Positions 1 to 10,044 of a stretch of DNA of 64,000 nucleotides are shown here, one piece after another; positions within the stretch are counted from its first letter, which is position 1, and every line of letters starts with the position of its first letter. Made by a program: the position numbers and the translations under genes. Origin of the DNA: Clostridiales bacterium (GTDB lineage Bacteria > Bacillota > Clostridia > Christensenellales > DTU072); the NCBI GenBank assembly GCA_012520515.1, contig JAAYOD010000032.1:9967-73966 (forward strand), written 5' to 3'. The notes under the pieces are model-generated. The model was not told where the DNA came from. It saw only the letters and a program-made list of their open reading frames with translations, and searched no databases.

Positions 1-225
1 AACATCGCAATTAATCTTAAAATTATGTTGTTTTATAAAATCAAATGCAAAAGTTAAAGGAAGCCTTAAGCTTGGAAAACTTGGCATATGTGATAAATAA
101 AGGGTTTTGCCAAATTTATAAATATCCACTTCAATAGCATCTACATTGTATTTTGCAATGTCATCAAAATATTTTTTACTGTTGCGTCGCGTTTTGTGCG
201 CCCCGCTGTGCGCTGTTATGAGCAT
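1..225 (-). CDS. glycerophosphodiester phosphodiesterase-like protein, N-terminal fragment (gene runs off the window start)
   Basis: Own minus-strand translation from ATG at 225: MLITAHSGAHKTRRNSKKYFDDIAKYNVDAIEVDIYKFGKTLYLSHMP..., open to position 1. GGAG lies 6-10 nt upstream (CTCC at 231-235 on +). AHSG and IEVDI resemble GDPD N-termini. Absent from the ORF track because it is truncated. Confidence 0.5.
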   Translation of the reverse strand, partial: MLITAHSGAHKTRRNSKKYFDDIAKYNVDAIEVDIYKFGKTLYLSHMPSFPSLRLPLTFAFDFIKQHNFKINCDV

Positions 226-329
226 ATTTTTCTCCTTAAATATTATCTTTACTAGATTAATGGTAACACAAGCTAGCTATTTAATACAAGGCAAGTCGTT
301 AAAAAATAAAGGCAAAATTTTATACGCTA

Positions 330-358
330 TTGAACTTCTTTATAAGTTATGATAAAAT
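330..358 (+). promoter_or_regulatory. sigma-A type promoter candidate for the inositol operon
   Basis: TTGAAC (330-335), 17-nt spacer, TGaTAAAAT extended -10 (-10 at 353-358), about 60 nt upstream of the transporter start. Confidence 0.5.
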
Positions 359-418
359 ATTTAGAGTATATATAATATACATAAAGCGTCAAAAATGCTG
401 TAAATCGGAGGCAGAGCT

Positions 419-1945
419 ATGCAAAAGTCCAAGGCTTATGATAATGTAAAAAGCGTTATTCCTAAAAAAGAGTTTTGGATCTATGCAGTAGGCGCGCTTG
501 GACAAGGAATGATATACTCTATAATGTCTAGTTACATATCCGATTTTTACATAAATGTTTTACAAGTTCCGCTATTATTTGTGCTGTTACTAATGCTTAT
601 AGCTAGGTTTTTTGATGCCATTTATGACCCTTTTATGGGTGCTATTGTAGATAGGTATACTACAAAATGGGGCAAAATGAAGCCATATATGCTCTTTACG
701 GCAATTCCAATAGCTGTGCTTACCTTTTTTATGTTTTTTGCGCCGTCAGGACTTAGCGTTAGTGAAAAAATGGTATATGCCGCTGTCATTTATGTGCTTT
801 GGGGCATAACTTATTCTGTATCCGATGTCCCTTTTTGGAGCTTGCCAAACGCAATGACACCCAATCCTAGCGAACGGGCAAAAACTCTTTCAGTGGGCCG
901 CACGCTAAATGGCGTAGGTGCGGCAGTGCCCATGGGACTATTTTTATTGCTTGGGTTTATAATGCCAAGAGTATCAAGCGCAAAAGGCATAGAGATGGAC
1001 AAAAAAATATATATGGCTATGGCAATAGTTTGCTCTGTTATAGGCATTATGCTTTTTGTTAATTCTTACTTCCACATAAGAGAAAGAGTGGTCTTGCCCC
1101 ACAAAAAGCGGCAAAAAGGAGAGCCAAGCGCACTATCAAGAATTATAAAATGCAAGCCCCTTGTGCTAGTTGTTATAATGGGATTATTAAGCAGCGGCAG
1201 ATATATGATGCAGGCAGCTGCCGTTCATGTGGCAAGATATGCTTTTTATATAGGTCCGTCGCTAGATGGACTAACGCAAGCCGCGCGCACAGCGGCAATT
1301 AAGGGCAGCGTTTCTACTGTAAGCACGCTGTTTTCTGTATGCTCTGCTGTCGGTATGTTTGGCGCAATGCTCTTTATGCCCTCGCTATATAAAAGATATA
1401 ACTATAAACAAATTGTGCTTTTTACTTGCATAGCTGGGTTTTTAGCAAGCGTAGCTACTTCAGTTATTGGCGCGCTTGCCATATTTACGAAGGCAAGCTA
1501 CCTTGTCTATGTGTGCATACCGTTTATTATTATCCAGTGCATACCGCTAGGCGCGCTTAACATAACATCGTATGCTATGATAGGCGACAGCTTAGATTAT
1601 TTAGAATTAAAAACAGGATATAGAGATAACGGCCTTTGCTCTGCTTGCCAATCTTTTGTAAACCAATTTGGCAACGCCATAGCCACCACATTTATTGTGC
1701 TTATGTACATTATTATAAATATAAGTCCAAGCCAAATGTTAAACGCAGAAGTGGTAAAAGCCGCCACAGAATTATTGCCCATGCAAAGATTTGCGATGTT
1801 TTCTTTGGTATCTATCGTCCCTGGCATAAGTTTACTCCTCTGCGCAGTACCGATATTTTTCTATGACCTTACGGGCGCAAAAAAAGAACAAATAACTTTA
1901 GAGCTAGAAAAGATACGCAAAGAAAGGGGTATCAATATAGATTAG
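419..1945 (+). CDS. GPH-family (glycoside-pentoside-hexuronide:cation symporter-like) MFS transporter, first gene of the iol cluster
   Basis: 508 aa, about 12 hydrophobic segments. GPH signature D-x3-DPFMG-x3-DR-x5-GKMKP near the N-terminus. GGAGG 7 nt upstream of the ATG. Confidence 0.85.
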   Translation: MQKSKAYDNVKSVIPKKEFWIYAVGALGQGMIYSIMSSYISDFYINVLQVPLLFVLLLMLIARFFDAIYDPFMGAIVDRYTTKWGKMKPYMLFTAIPIAVLTFFMFFAPSGLSVSEKMVYAAVIYVLWGITYSVSDVPFWSLPNAMTPNPSERAKTLSVGRTLNGVGAAVPMGLFLLLGFIMPRVSSAKGIEMDKKIYMAMAIVCSVIGIMLFVNSYFHIRERVVLPHKKRQKGEPSALSRIIKCKPLVLVVIMGLLSSGRYMMQAAAVHVARYAFYIGPSLDGLTQAARTAAIKGSVSTVSTLFSVCSAVGMFGAMLFMPSLYKRYNYKQIVLFTCIAGFLASVATSVIGALAIFTKASYLVYVCIPFIIIQCIPLGALNITSYAMIGDSLDYLELKTGYRDNGLCSACQSFVNQFGNAIATTFIVLMYIIINISPSQMLNAEVVKAATELLPMQRFAMFSLVSIVPGISLLLCAVPIFFYDLTGAKKEQITLELEKIRKERGINID

Positions 1946-1961
1946 TTTTTAGGAGGCAAAA

Positions 1962-2978
1962 ATGAAATATATACAATTTGACCAAAATAGACCGCTAGAC
2001 CTTGTGCCTATGGGAAGAATTGCTATTGATTTTAATCCAGTAGATTACTTTAAGACGCTTGCAAAGAGCGATACCTACAAAAAATATGTGGGCGGTTCGC
2101 CTGCAAATATTGCAGTTGGTTTGCAAAGACTTGGAAAAAAAGTGGGGTTTATAGGCAAGGTGTCCGATGACCGTTTTGGCGAATATGTAATTGATTTTTT
2201 TAAGGAAGAAGGCATTGACTGTTCACACATAACCAAAGCTAAAAATGGAGAAAAACTAGGACTTACCTTTACTGAAATATTAAGCCCGACTGAAAGCAGT
2301 ATTTTGATGTATCGTGATGGTGTCGCTGATCTAATGCTAGAAACTAACGATGTGGATAAAGAATATATTGCTAAGGCAAAAGCTATTTTAATTAGTGGTA
2401 CAGCTTTGGCGTCCTCACCGTCAAGGGAAGCGTGCATAAAAGCCATGATGCTGGCAAAAGAAATGAATACTAAAATTATTTTTGATATAGATTATAGGCC
2501 ATATACTTGGAAAAACAATGACGAAGTGGCAATTTATTATTCTTTAATAGCTGAAAACAGCGATATAGTTATGGGCTCTAGAGAAGAATATGACCTTACG
2601 CAAGCTATTACGAAAACTGGCGCAACGGACGCTCAAACAGCTGACTATTTTATTAGCAAAGGAAATAAAATTGTAGTTATAAAACATGGAAAGAAAGGCT
2701 CTACCGCTTATACTAACGACGGACAAAGCTATTCTATAAAACCTTTTCCTATTTCAGCTCTAAAGTCTTTTGGAGGGGGAGATGGGTACGCATCGGCGTT
2801 TATATATGGGCTTTTGGAAGGTTGGGACATAATAGATTGTTTAGAGATGGGCAGTGCGTCGGCGTCAATGCTGGTGGCGGCGCATGGCTGTTCGCTATTT
2901 ATGCCAACCTTAGAAGAAGTTAAGGATTTTATAGCGCAGAGCAAAGCAAAACACGGCGAAATGGTGGCAAGGGAGTAA
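1962..2978 (+). CDS. iolC: 5-dehydro-2-deoxygluconokinase (PfkB family)
   Basis: 338 aa. PfkB ribokinase-like motifs (GGSPANIAVG, C-terminal GGGDGYASAF). IolC-type N-terminus and iol gene context. Confidence 0.9.
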   Translation: MKYIQFDQNRPLDLVPMGRIAIDFNPVDYFKTLAKSDTYKKYVGGSPANIAVGLQRLGKKVGFIGKVSDDRFGEYVIDFFKEEGIDCSHITKAKNGEKLGLTFTEILSPTESSILMYRDGVADLMLETNDVDKEYIAKAKAILISGTALASSPSREACIKAMMLAKEMNTKIIFDIDYRPYTWKNNDEVAIYYSLIAENSDIVMGSREEYDLTQAITKTGATDAQTADYFISKGNKIVVIKHGKKGSTAYTNDGQSYSIKPFPISALKSFGGGDGYASAFIYGLLEGWDIIDCLEMGSASASMLVAAHGCSLFMPTLEEVKDFIAQSKAKHGEMVARE

Positions 2979-2982
2979 ACTT

Positions 2983-3774
2983 ATGTTTGGATATCCTGAA
3001 TTTGATAAAAATGGAGAAAAAATCCTATCTAAGATAGATGGCATAAATAAAAATATGCTTATGGATATATCAGTTTATAAGCTAAAGAAAGGACAGAGCA
3101 AAACCTTTTATCAAGCCCATAAAGAAATTGCTATCTTGCTTGTGTTAGGCGATATAAAGTTTTGCGCAAAAAGCATTTGCGAAAAAGCCAAAAGAGATAG
3201 CTTGTTTGACGACTTGCCCACTTGTTTGCATGTGTGTAAAGATACTTTAATAACTATAGAAGCTAATTTAGATAGTGAAATTATTTATCAAGCAACCGAT
3301 AATGACGCTAATTTTGATGAAAAGCTATATAGAAAAGAAGATATTATTCGTACAGTTGCGTGTGAAGGAATGTGGGAAAATACAGCCGTTAGAGATGTCA
3401 ATACTATTTTTGATAAAGACAATGCACCTTATTCTAATATGGTTATTGGCGAAGTGTTAGCGCGGCAAGGTAGATGGTGGAGCTATGTTCCCCACAGCCA
3501 CCCCCAGCCTGAAGTGTATTATTATAAGTTTGAAAGGCCAGAGGGTTTTGGCGCATGCTTTATTGGCGATAAAGCCTACACTATAAAAGATGGCAGTTAT
3601 GGCTGCTTTGAGGGGGGCAAAACCCATGCGCAAGTGACAGCTCCTGGCTACCCTATGTATAATGTGTGGATGATAAGACACTTAGACGGCAATCCTTGGC
3701 TAAAAACAAGGAATGTTGACACTAGATATGCACATCTAGAATCAGAATGCAAATTTGTCCCGAAGGAGAGTTAA
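2983..3774 (+). CDS. iolB: 5-deoxy-glucuronate isomerase
   Basis: 263 aa cupin-like protein lying between iolC and iolD. Length and order match IolB. Confidence 0.85.
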   Translation: MFGYPEFDKNGEKILSKIDGINKNMLMDISVYKLKKGQSKTFYQAHKEIAILLVLGDIKFCAKSICEKAKRDSLFDDLPTCLHVCKDTLITIEANLDSEIIYQATDNDANFDEKLYRKEDIIRTVACEGMWENTAVRDVNTIFDKDNAPYSNMVIGEVLARQGRWWSYVPHSHPQPEVYYYKFERPEGFGACFIGDKAYTIKDGSYGCFEGGKTHAQVTAPGYPMYNVWMIRHLDGNPWLKTRNVDTRYAHLESECKFVPKES

Positions 3775-5717
3775 TGATGACAAGAAAAACCATTAGACTT
3801 ACAGTAGGTCAAGCAATAATTAAGTTTTTGGATAACCAATATGTCGCTATGGAGATAGATGGCAAAATACAGCAAAATAAATTTGTAGAATATATATACA
3901 CTGTGTTTGGTCACGGCTGTGTGCTAGGTGTGGGGGAAGCCTTGTCGCATTCTAAGCATTCTATTAAGGTTATGCAAGGTAAAAATGAGCAAGGCATGGC
4001 GCAAGCTAGCATATCTTACGCTAAGATGACAAACCGTCTAAAAATTATACCGTGTATATCGTCTATTGGGCCAGGTTCGGCAAATATGGTAACAGCGGCG
4101 GCCACAGCTACTGTAAACAACTTACCTTTGCTACTTTTACTTGGCGACACTTTTGCAAGCAGGCAGCCAGACCCTGTTTTACAGCAAATAGAGCAGACAA
4201 ATGACCTTACCATTACAACAAATGACGCATTTAAACCAGTATGCAGATTTTTTGATAGAATAACAAGACCAGAAATGATAATGTCGTCATTAGTAAACGC
4301 AATGAGAGTGCTTTTAGACCCGGCGCATACAGGCGCTGTTGCAATATCGTTATGTCAAGATGTGCAAGGTGAAAGCTATGATTTTGAGCAAGAATTTTTT
4401 GATAAGAGAGTGCATTTTATCCCAAGGCAAATTCCAAGCAATTATGAAGTAGAAAAAGCAGCTTTAGCTATAAGAGAAAGCAAAAAACCTATGGTTATTG
4501 TAGGTGGCGGAGTTAGGTATAGTCAAGCAGGTAAAGCTGTGGACGAATTTTGCAAAAAATATAATATTCCATTTGCTGAAACGCAAAGCGGCAAGAGCGC
4601 AATTTTAAGCAGTCATTCCCTTAATTTAGGCGGCATTGGCGTTACGGGCAATGCTTGCGCCAACGAAATTGCAAATGACGCGGACCTTATTATTGGGCTT
4701 GGCACACGCTTTACTGATTTTACCACTTCTTCTAAATGGCTGTATTCTAAAGCTAAAGTTGTTACCATAAACGCAAGTTCATTTCATGCAAACAAGCTAA
4801 ACAGCATAGCTATGGTTGCTGATGTTTTGGAAGGGATAAAGGCGCTTGATAAAGTTTTAGGGGGTTATACTACTTCTTACTTAAATGAAATTGCCCACGC
4901 TAAAGAGGCTTGGCAAAAAGAAATGCAAAGATTAAGCTCAATAAGTTATGATAATGCTAATTTTGAGCCTGAAAATAAAGCAAGAATGCCAGATAGCTTA
5001 GCAGAGTTTTATAAGGCAACAGGGGGCAATATTTGTCAAACTACAGCCATTAGCGTTATAAGAAAGCTAATTGATGATGATGCAATAATTGTGGGCGCGT
5101 CTGGCTCATTGCCTGGGTGCTTGCAAAGAATGTGGACAACGGACAGTATAAATAGCTATAACATGGAGTATGGATATTCCTGCATGGGCTATGAAATTGC
5201 TGGCGCTTTTGGTGCAAAGCTTGCTTGCCCCAGTAAAGAAGTTTATGCCTTTGCAGGCGATGGAAGTTATAATATGATGCATTCAGAAATGCTTACTGCC
5301 ATACAAGAGGGCAAAAAGATAAATGTTCTTTTGTTTGATAACGCCTCCTTTGGCTGTATCAACAATTTACAAATGGGACAAGGCGTAGATGCGCTTTGCA
5401 CAGAGTTTAGATACCGCAGTGGCGATAAGGCAATAAGAGAGGGTGAGTTTATTTGTATAGATTATGCTTTAAGCGCGCGCGGATATGGTTTTGTCACTTA
5501 CACAGCGAGGACAATTGAACAGTTAAAAGAAGCGATTGTAGATAGCAAAAAACAGTCAAAGCCTACCTTAATAGATATAAAGGTGCTGCCAAAAACTATG
5601 ACGGACGGCTATAACAGCTGGTGGAATGTAGGGTGTATAGATAACCCTGTAACTGATAGCGGAAAGGCTGCTTTGCAAACAAGAAAAACCAACTTAAATA
5701 GCGCAAGGAAGTACTAA
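3774..5717 (+). CDS. iolD: 3D-(3,5/4)-trihydroxycyclohexane-1,2-dione acylhydrolase (ThDP-dependent)
   Basis: N-terminus MMTRKTIRLTVGQAIIKFLDNQYV is IolD-like. ThDP-enzyme architecture with GDGSYNM motif. Start moved from the track start (3747) to the ATG overlapping the iolB stop, 5 nt after GGAG. Confidence 0.9.
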   Translation: MMTRKTIRLTVGQAIIKFLDNQYVAMEIDGKIQQNKFVEYIYTVFGHGCVLGVGEALSHSKHSIKVMQGKNEQGMAQASISYAKMTNRLKIIPCISSIGPGSANMVTAAATATVNNLPLLLLLGDTFASRQPDPVLQQIEQTNDLTITTNDAFKPVCRFFDRITRPEMIMSSLVNAMRVLLDPAHTGAVAISLCQDVQGESYDFEQEFFDKRVHFIPRQIPSNYEVEKAALAIRESKKPMVIVGGGVRYSQAGKAVDEFCKKYNIPFAETQSGKSAILSSHSLNLGGIGVTGNACANEIANDADLIIGLGTRFTDFTTSSKWLYSKAKVVTINASSFHANKLNSIAMVADVLEGIKALDKVLGGYTTSYLNEIAHAKEAWQKEMQRLSSISYDNANFEPENKARMPDSLAEFYKATGGNICQTTAISVIRKLIDDDAIIVGASGSLPGCLQRMWTTDSINSYNMEYGYSCMGYEIAGAFGAKLACPSKEVYAFAGDGSYNMMHSEMLTAIQEGKKINVLLFDNASFGCINNLQMGQGVDALCTEFRYRSGDKAIREGEFICIDYALSARGYGFVTYTARTIEQLKEAIVDSKKQSKPTLIDIKVLPKTMTDGYNSWWNVGCIDNPVTDSGKAALQTRKTNLNSARKY

Positions 5718-5729
5718 AAAAGGAGTTTT

Positions 5730-6623
5730 ATGAATAAAGAAAAAATTAAATTAGGAATTGCTCCTATTGGTTGGACTAATGACGATATGCCAGACCTTGG
5801 CGGAGAAATCACTTTTGAGCAATGTATTAGTGAAATGGCGCTAGCTGGCTTTGAAGGATGCGAAATAGGCAATAAGTTTCCAAAAGATATAGAAAAGCTA
5901 AAAAAAGCGCTTAAACTTAGAAATTTACAGATAGCAAACCGCTGGTTTTCATCTTACATACTGACAAAGCAATTTGATGAAGTGGAAAAGGATTTTAGAC
6001 AAAACTGCAAGTTTTTAACTACATTAGGCGCTGAAATAATTGGCGTTTCTGAACAGAGTTATAGCATTCAAGGGCAAATAAATACACCTGTTTTTGAAAA
6101 TAAATATGAGCTAAATGATGAGCAGTGGAAAGCGCTTTGTCAAGGTTTGTGCAAGCTGGGTAAAATAGCTAAAGAGTATGGGATTACCCTTACTTATCAT
6201 CACCATATGGGCACAGTTGTGCAAACGGTTGAAGAAATAGATAAGTTGATGGAAGGCACAGACAGTGAGCTTATTTTTTTGCTGTATGATAGCGGTCACC
6301 TTGCTTACTGTCAAGAAGATTATATTGGCGTACTTAAAAAATACGCAAACAGGATTAAGCATGTTCACCTTAAGGATATAAGAGATAGTGTTGTTGAAAA
6401 AGTAAGAGCGGAGCGGCTTAGCTTTTTACAAGGTGTAAGACTGGGGACTTTTACTGTGCCTGGCGACGGAACAGTAGATTTTGAGAGCATATTTAATATA
6501 CTTGACAAAACAAATTATACAGGCTGGTTGATTGTGGAAGCTGAACAAGACCCATCGATTGCCAACCCTTTAGAATACGCCCTAAAAACAAGAGCGTATA
6601 TAAAAGAAAAAACTAAAATATAA
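5730..6623 (+). CDS. iolE: inosose (2-keto-myo-inositol) dehydratase, xylose-isomerase-like TIM barrel
   Basis: 297 aa. N-terminus KLGIAPIGWTNDDMPDLGG is typical of IolE. iol context. Confidence 0.9.
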   Translation: MNKEKIKLGIAPIGWTNDDMPDLGGEITFEQCISEMALAGFEGCEIGNKFPKDIEKLKKALKLRNLQIANRWFSSYILTKQFDEVEKDFRQNCKFLTTLGAEIIGVSEQSYSIQGQINTPVFENKYELNDEQWKALCQGLCKLGKIAKEYGITLTYHHHMGTVVQTVEEIDKLMEGTDSELIFLLYDSGHLAYCQEDYIGVLKKYANRIKHVHLKDIRDSVVEKVRAERLSFLQGVRLGTFTVPGDGTVDFESIFNILDKTNYTGWLIVEAEQDPSIANPLEYALKTRAYIKEKTKI

Positions 6624-6634
6624 AGGAGGATACA

Positions 6635-8137
6635 ATGGAAGTATTAAAATATTTTACAAATAATCAATTTTTAGCATCGGGAAGCAATAATTTTTATAAA
6701 GTTTATGACCCAAGCTTAGGAGAGCATATAGCAAATATGCCCAAGCTTACCGTAAAAGAAGTTAGGCAAGTTATAGATAATGCCCATAAAGGTTATTTAG
6801 AGTGGTCAAAAACCCCAATAATGAAAAGAGTGCAAGTTTTGTACAAAGTAAGAGAGTTGCTTGTAGAAAAAATGGAAGAACTTACTTATATTTGTGCTAG
6901 AGAGCATGGTAAAAACTGGAATGAAGCTGAAGGCGATGTGCTAAAGGCAAAAGAAGGTCTAGAGCTTGCAATAAGCATGCCGTCACTAATTACTGGCGAA
7001 TCGCTAATGGACGCATCAGTTGGCTATGATACCGTTTCTTATAGAGAACCGCTTGGCGTGTTTGCTGGCATTGCGCCTTTTAATTTTCCCGCTATGATTC
7101 CTATGGGCTGGATGGCGCCTGTATGTATAGCTTGCGGCAACAGCATTGTTATAAAGGTGTCGGGAGCAACGCCAATGACTTCACTAAAGATAGCAGAGCT
7201 TTATCGCCAAGTAGGATTGCCTGACGGCGTGCTAAACATAGTTTGCTGTGATAGAAATGATACGCAAGAACTGCTAAGCAACGATAAAATAAAAGGCGTT
7301 ACATTTGTAGGTTCAACTAAGGTAGGACGAATTGTATATGAAAAAGCAGCTAAGCACGGCAAGAGAGTGCAGTGCTTATGCGAAGCTAAAAATCATGCTC
7401 TTGTGTTAAATGACGCTGCCCTAGATAGAACGGCGGCAGGCATCATTAATTCAGCTTTTGGTTGCGCTGGGCAAAGGTGCATGGCTCTGCCTGTTGTAGT
7501 TGCAGAAGAGCAAATAGCAGACGCGCTTGTTGCAAAAATTAAGGAGCTTGCAAGTAAAATTAAGATAGGCAAAGCATACGATAGAGACACGCAATTAGGG
7601 CCTGTTTATTCCAAAGAGCATAAGCAAAAGGTGCTAGAGTGGATATCCAAAGGCCTAGATGAAGGTGCCGAAATGGTGTTGGACGGGCGTGATGTCGTTG
7701 TTAAAGGCAGTGAAAACGGCTTTTATATTGGACCTACAATTTTAGATAAAGTTACTCCTGAAATGACGGTGGGACAAAAAGAAATTTTTGGGCCTGTGCT
7801 GTGCATAAAAAGAGTTAAGAACTTTGATGAAGGCTTAAAGGTTATGAATAGCAGTCCGTATGCAAACGGCTCAGTAATTTTTACTCAAAGCGGATATTTT
7901 GCTAGAGAGTTTGCGCGTAATACTCATGGCGGCATGGTGGGGATAAATGTAGGTATTCCTGTACCTATTGGAGTATTTTCTTTTACTGGACACAAGCAAA
8001 GCTTTTTTGGAGATTTGCATTGTCTTGGCAAAGATAGCTACCGCTTCTTTACAGAACAAAAAACGGTAACTACAAGGTGGTTTGACGAAGAAGAGAAAAA
8101 GATGACAACTGTATCGACTTGGGACGGCACAATTTAA
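6635..8137 (+). CDS. iolA: methylmalonate/malonate-semialdehyde dehydrogenase (CoA-acylating)
   Basis: 500 aa aldehyde dehydrogenase with catalytic region FGCAGQRCMA and EIFGPVL. iol context. Confidence 0.9.
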   Translation: MEVLKYFTNNQFLASGSNNFYKVYDPSLGEHIANMPKLTVKEVRQVIDNAHKGYLEWSKTPIMKRVQVLYKVRELLVEKMEELTYICAREHGKNWNEAEGDVLKAKEGLELAISMPSLITGESLMDASVGYDTVSYREPLGVFAGIAPFNFPAMIPMGWMAPVCIACGNSIVIKVSGATPMTSLKIAELYRQVGLPDGVLNIVCCDRNDTQELLSNDKIKGVTFVGSTKVGRIVYEKAAKHGKRVQCLCEAKNHALVLNDAALDRTAAGIINSAFGCAGQRCMALPVVVAEEQIADALVAKIKELASKIKIGKAYDRDTQLGPVYSKEHKQKVLEWISKGLDEGAEMVLDGRDVVVKGSENGFYIGPTILDKVTPEMTVGQKEIFGPVLCIKRVKNFDEGLKVMNSSPYANGSVIFTQSGYFAREFARNTHGGMVGINVGIPVPIGVFSFTGHKQSFFGDLHCLGKDSYRFFTEQKTVTTRWFDEEEKKMTTVSTWDGTI

Positions 8138-8158
8138 TAACTTAAGGAGAAAGTTTTT

Positions 8159-9184
8159 ATGGTTAAGGTAGGTATAATAGGAGTAGGGCGCATAGGCAAA
8201 GTGCATTGCCAGTCTATAACAAGGTATGTTAAAAATGCTAAGGTAAAGGCAATTGCCGACCCGTACATAAACGACGATACAATAAAATGGGCGCAAGACC
8301 TAGGTATTTTTGAAATCTATACAGATTATAACAAAATTTTAGATGATAGCGACATTGATGCAGTATTAATTTGTTCATCGACAGATACTCATTCTCAAAT
8401 ATGCTTAGAGGCTATCAAAAAAGGCAAGCATATTTTTTGTGAAAAGCCAATAGACCATGATGTTGCAAAGATACTGGAAGTAAAAAGTGCGCTTAGAAAC
8501 AGCAATGTAAAGTTTCAAGTGGGGTTTAACCGCCGCTTTGACAGCAATTTTAAAGCTGTAAGGCAAGCTGTAAAAGAGGGCAAGATAGGCCAGCTTAATA
8601 TACTCAAGATTTGTTCGCGCGACCCTGGCGCGCCGCCAATTGATTATATAAAAGTTTCTGGCGGAATTTTCCTTGATATGACAATTCATGACTTTGATAT
8701 GGTGCGGTTTATTTCTGGAGATGAAGTAGATGAAGTATTTGCCTATGGCGGAGTGCTTACAGATAAAAAAATAGGTGAAGCAGGCGACATAGATACCGCT
8801 ATAATCTCTATGAAACTAAAGGGAGGAAGTTTAGCTGTTATTGACAATAGCCGACGCGCAACTTATGGCTATGACCAAAGAGCAGAAGCCTTTGGCAGTT
8901 TGGGACAGGTTGCTATTTCTAATAATATGCAAAGCACTGCTATAATTTCTGACGCTGACGGTGTGCACCAAGAAAAACCGTTATTGTTTTTCTTGGAAAG
9001 GTATATGCAAGCCTATGTTGAAGAGATAACAGAGTTTGTGGACTGTATTGTAAACGATAAAGAAGTTAGCGTTGGTGTAGATTGCGGCTTGCAGCCTGTG
9101 CTAATTGGGCTTGCCGCAAAAAAATCGCTTAGCCAAAATAGACCTGTCAAAATTGCAGAGATTGAAAGTGAGTTTGGTATTTGA
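8159..9184 (+). CDS. iolG: myo-inositol 2-dehydrogenase (Gfo/Idh/MocA family)
   Basis: 341 aa. N-terminal Rossmann motif VGIIGVGRIGKVH and EKP motif (FCEKPI). Last gene of the iol cluster. Confidence 0.9.
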   Translation: MVKVGIIGVGRIGKVHCQSITRYVKNAKVKAIADPYINDDTIKWAQDLGIFEIYTDYNKILDDSDIDAVLICSSTDTHSQICLEAIKKGKHIFCEKPIDHDVAKILEVKSALRNSNVKFQVGFNRRFDSNFKAVRQAVKEGKIGQLNILKICSRDPGAPPIDYIKVSGGIFLDMTIHDFDMVRFISGDEVDEVFAYGGVLTDKKIGEAGDIDTAIISMKLKGGSLAVIDNSRRATYGYDQRAEAFGSLGQVAISNNMQSTAIISDADGVHQEKPLLFFLERYMQAYVEEITEFVDCIVNDKEVSVGVDCGLQPVLIGLAAKKSLSQNRPVKIAEIESEFGI

Positions 9185-9216
9185 CGAAAAAATAAAAAAA
9201 TTTATTCTTATGCAAT

Positions 9217-9242
9217 AAGAGCGGGGTAAAACCGCTCTTTTT
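9217..9242 (+). terminator. rho-independent terminator after iolG
   Basis: Stem AAGAGCGG / CCGCTCTT with a 7-nt loop, followed by a T-run. Confidence 0.8.
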
Positions 9243-9246
9243 GCTA

Positions 9247-9275
9247 TTGAAAAATAAAAGAAAATTTGGTATACT
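9247..9275 (+). promoter_or_regulatory. sigma-A type promoter candidate for nadE and downstream genes
   Basis: TTGAAA (9247-9252), 17-nt spacer, TGgTATACT extended -10 (9270-9275). Confidence 0.55.
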
Positions 9276-9306
9276 AATCTAGGTTGTAAAATAAGGTGTT
9301 AAATTT

Positions 9307-10035
9307 ATGAATATTGCAAAATTAGTTATTGAAAAAGTTAATTGGATAAAAAAAGTGCTTAAAGAAGCCAACGCAAATGGCGTTGTGCTTGGTATGAGCG
9401 GGGGAAAGGACAGCGCGCTAGTAGGCATTTTGGCAAAAATGGCAACAGATAATGTCACAGGCATTATTATGCCTTGCCAAGCTAAAAGAAATTTTTATGA
9501 AGATAGAGAACATGCAATTTTATTAAACGATAAATATGGCATAAAAACGCTTGAAGTTGATTTAACAAGTATAAAAGAAGCGTTTTCCAACCTTTTAGAG
9601 CCGCTTGACTTTAGCCAACTGCCTATGGCGTATGCAAACATTAATCCGAGACTAAGAATGATAACTTTGTATAACTATGCCCAGCGCAAAGGATATCTTG
9701 TGGCAGGAACGGGAAATTTGAGTGAAATGACAATGGGGTATTTTACAAAATGGGGAGATGGCGCATTTGACTTCAACCCAATTGCGGACATGACAGCTAC
9801 CGAAGTATTAGAGATGCTAAGGTATCTAGATTGTCCTAAAGAAATAATAGACAAACCGCCATCTGCCGCCTTATTTGAAGGGCAGACCGATGAAGAAGAT
9901 ATGGGCATTAAGTATGTGGATTTAGATAGATATATAAAGACAGGACAGGGAAGTTTAGAGACAAAAGAAAAGGTAGAAAGAGCAAAAAGATTAACAGAAC
10001 ATAAAAGAAAAATGGGAAGAATTTATCCCGATTAA
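9307..10035 (+). CDS. nadE: ammonia-dependent NAD+ synthetase
   Basis: 242 aa. PP-loop SGGKDS and typical NadE length and C-terminus. Confidence 0.9.
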   Translation: MNIAKLVIEKVNWIKKVLKEANANGVVLGMSGGKDSALVGILAKMATDNVTGIIMPCQAKRNFYEDREHAILLNDKYGIKTLEVDLTSIKEAFSNLLEPLDFSQLPMAYANINPRLRMITLYNYAQRKGYLVAGTGNLSEMTMGYFTKWGDGAFDFNPIADMTATEVLEMLRYLDCPKEIIDKPPSAALFEGQTDEEDMGIKYVDLDRYIKTGQGSLETKEKVERAKRLTEHKRKMGRIYPD

Positions 10036-10044
10036 GGAGAGAAT

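Noticed and set aside
146-352. 68-aa plus-strand ORF at the window start
   Set aside because: It overlaps the N-terminal coding region of the minus-strand GDPD-like gene (1-225) and runs through the predicted iol promoter. It has no SD and a hydrophobic junk-like sequence.
7871-8296. 141-aa minus-strand ORF spanning the iolA/iolG junction
   Set aside because: It is antisense to two well-supported genes. The sequence is Y/F/C-rich nonsense with no RBS, so it is a chance ORF.
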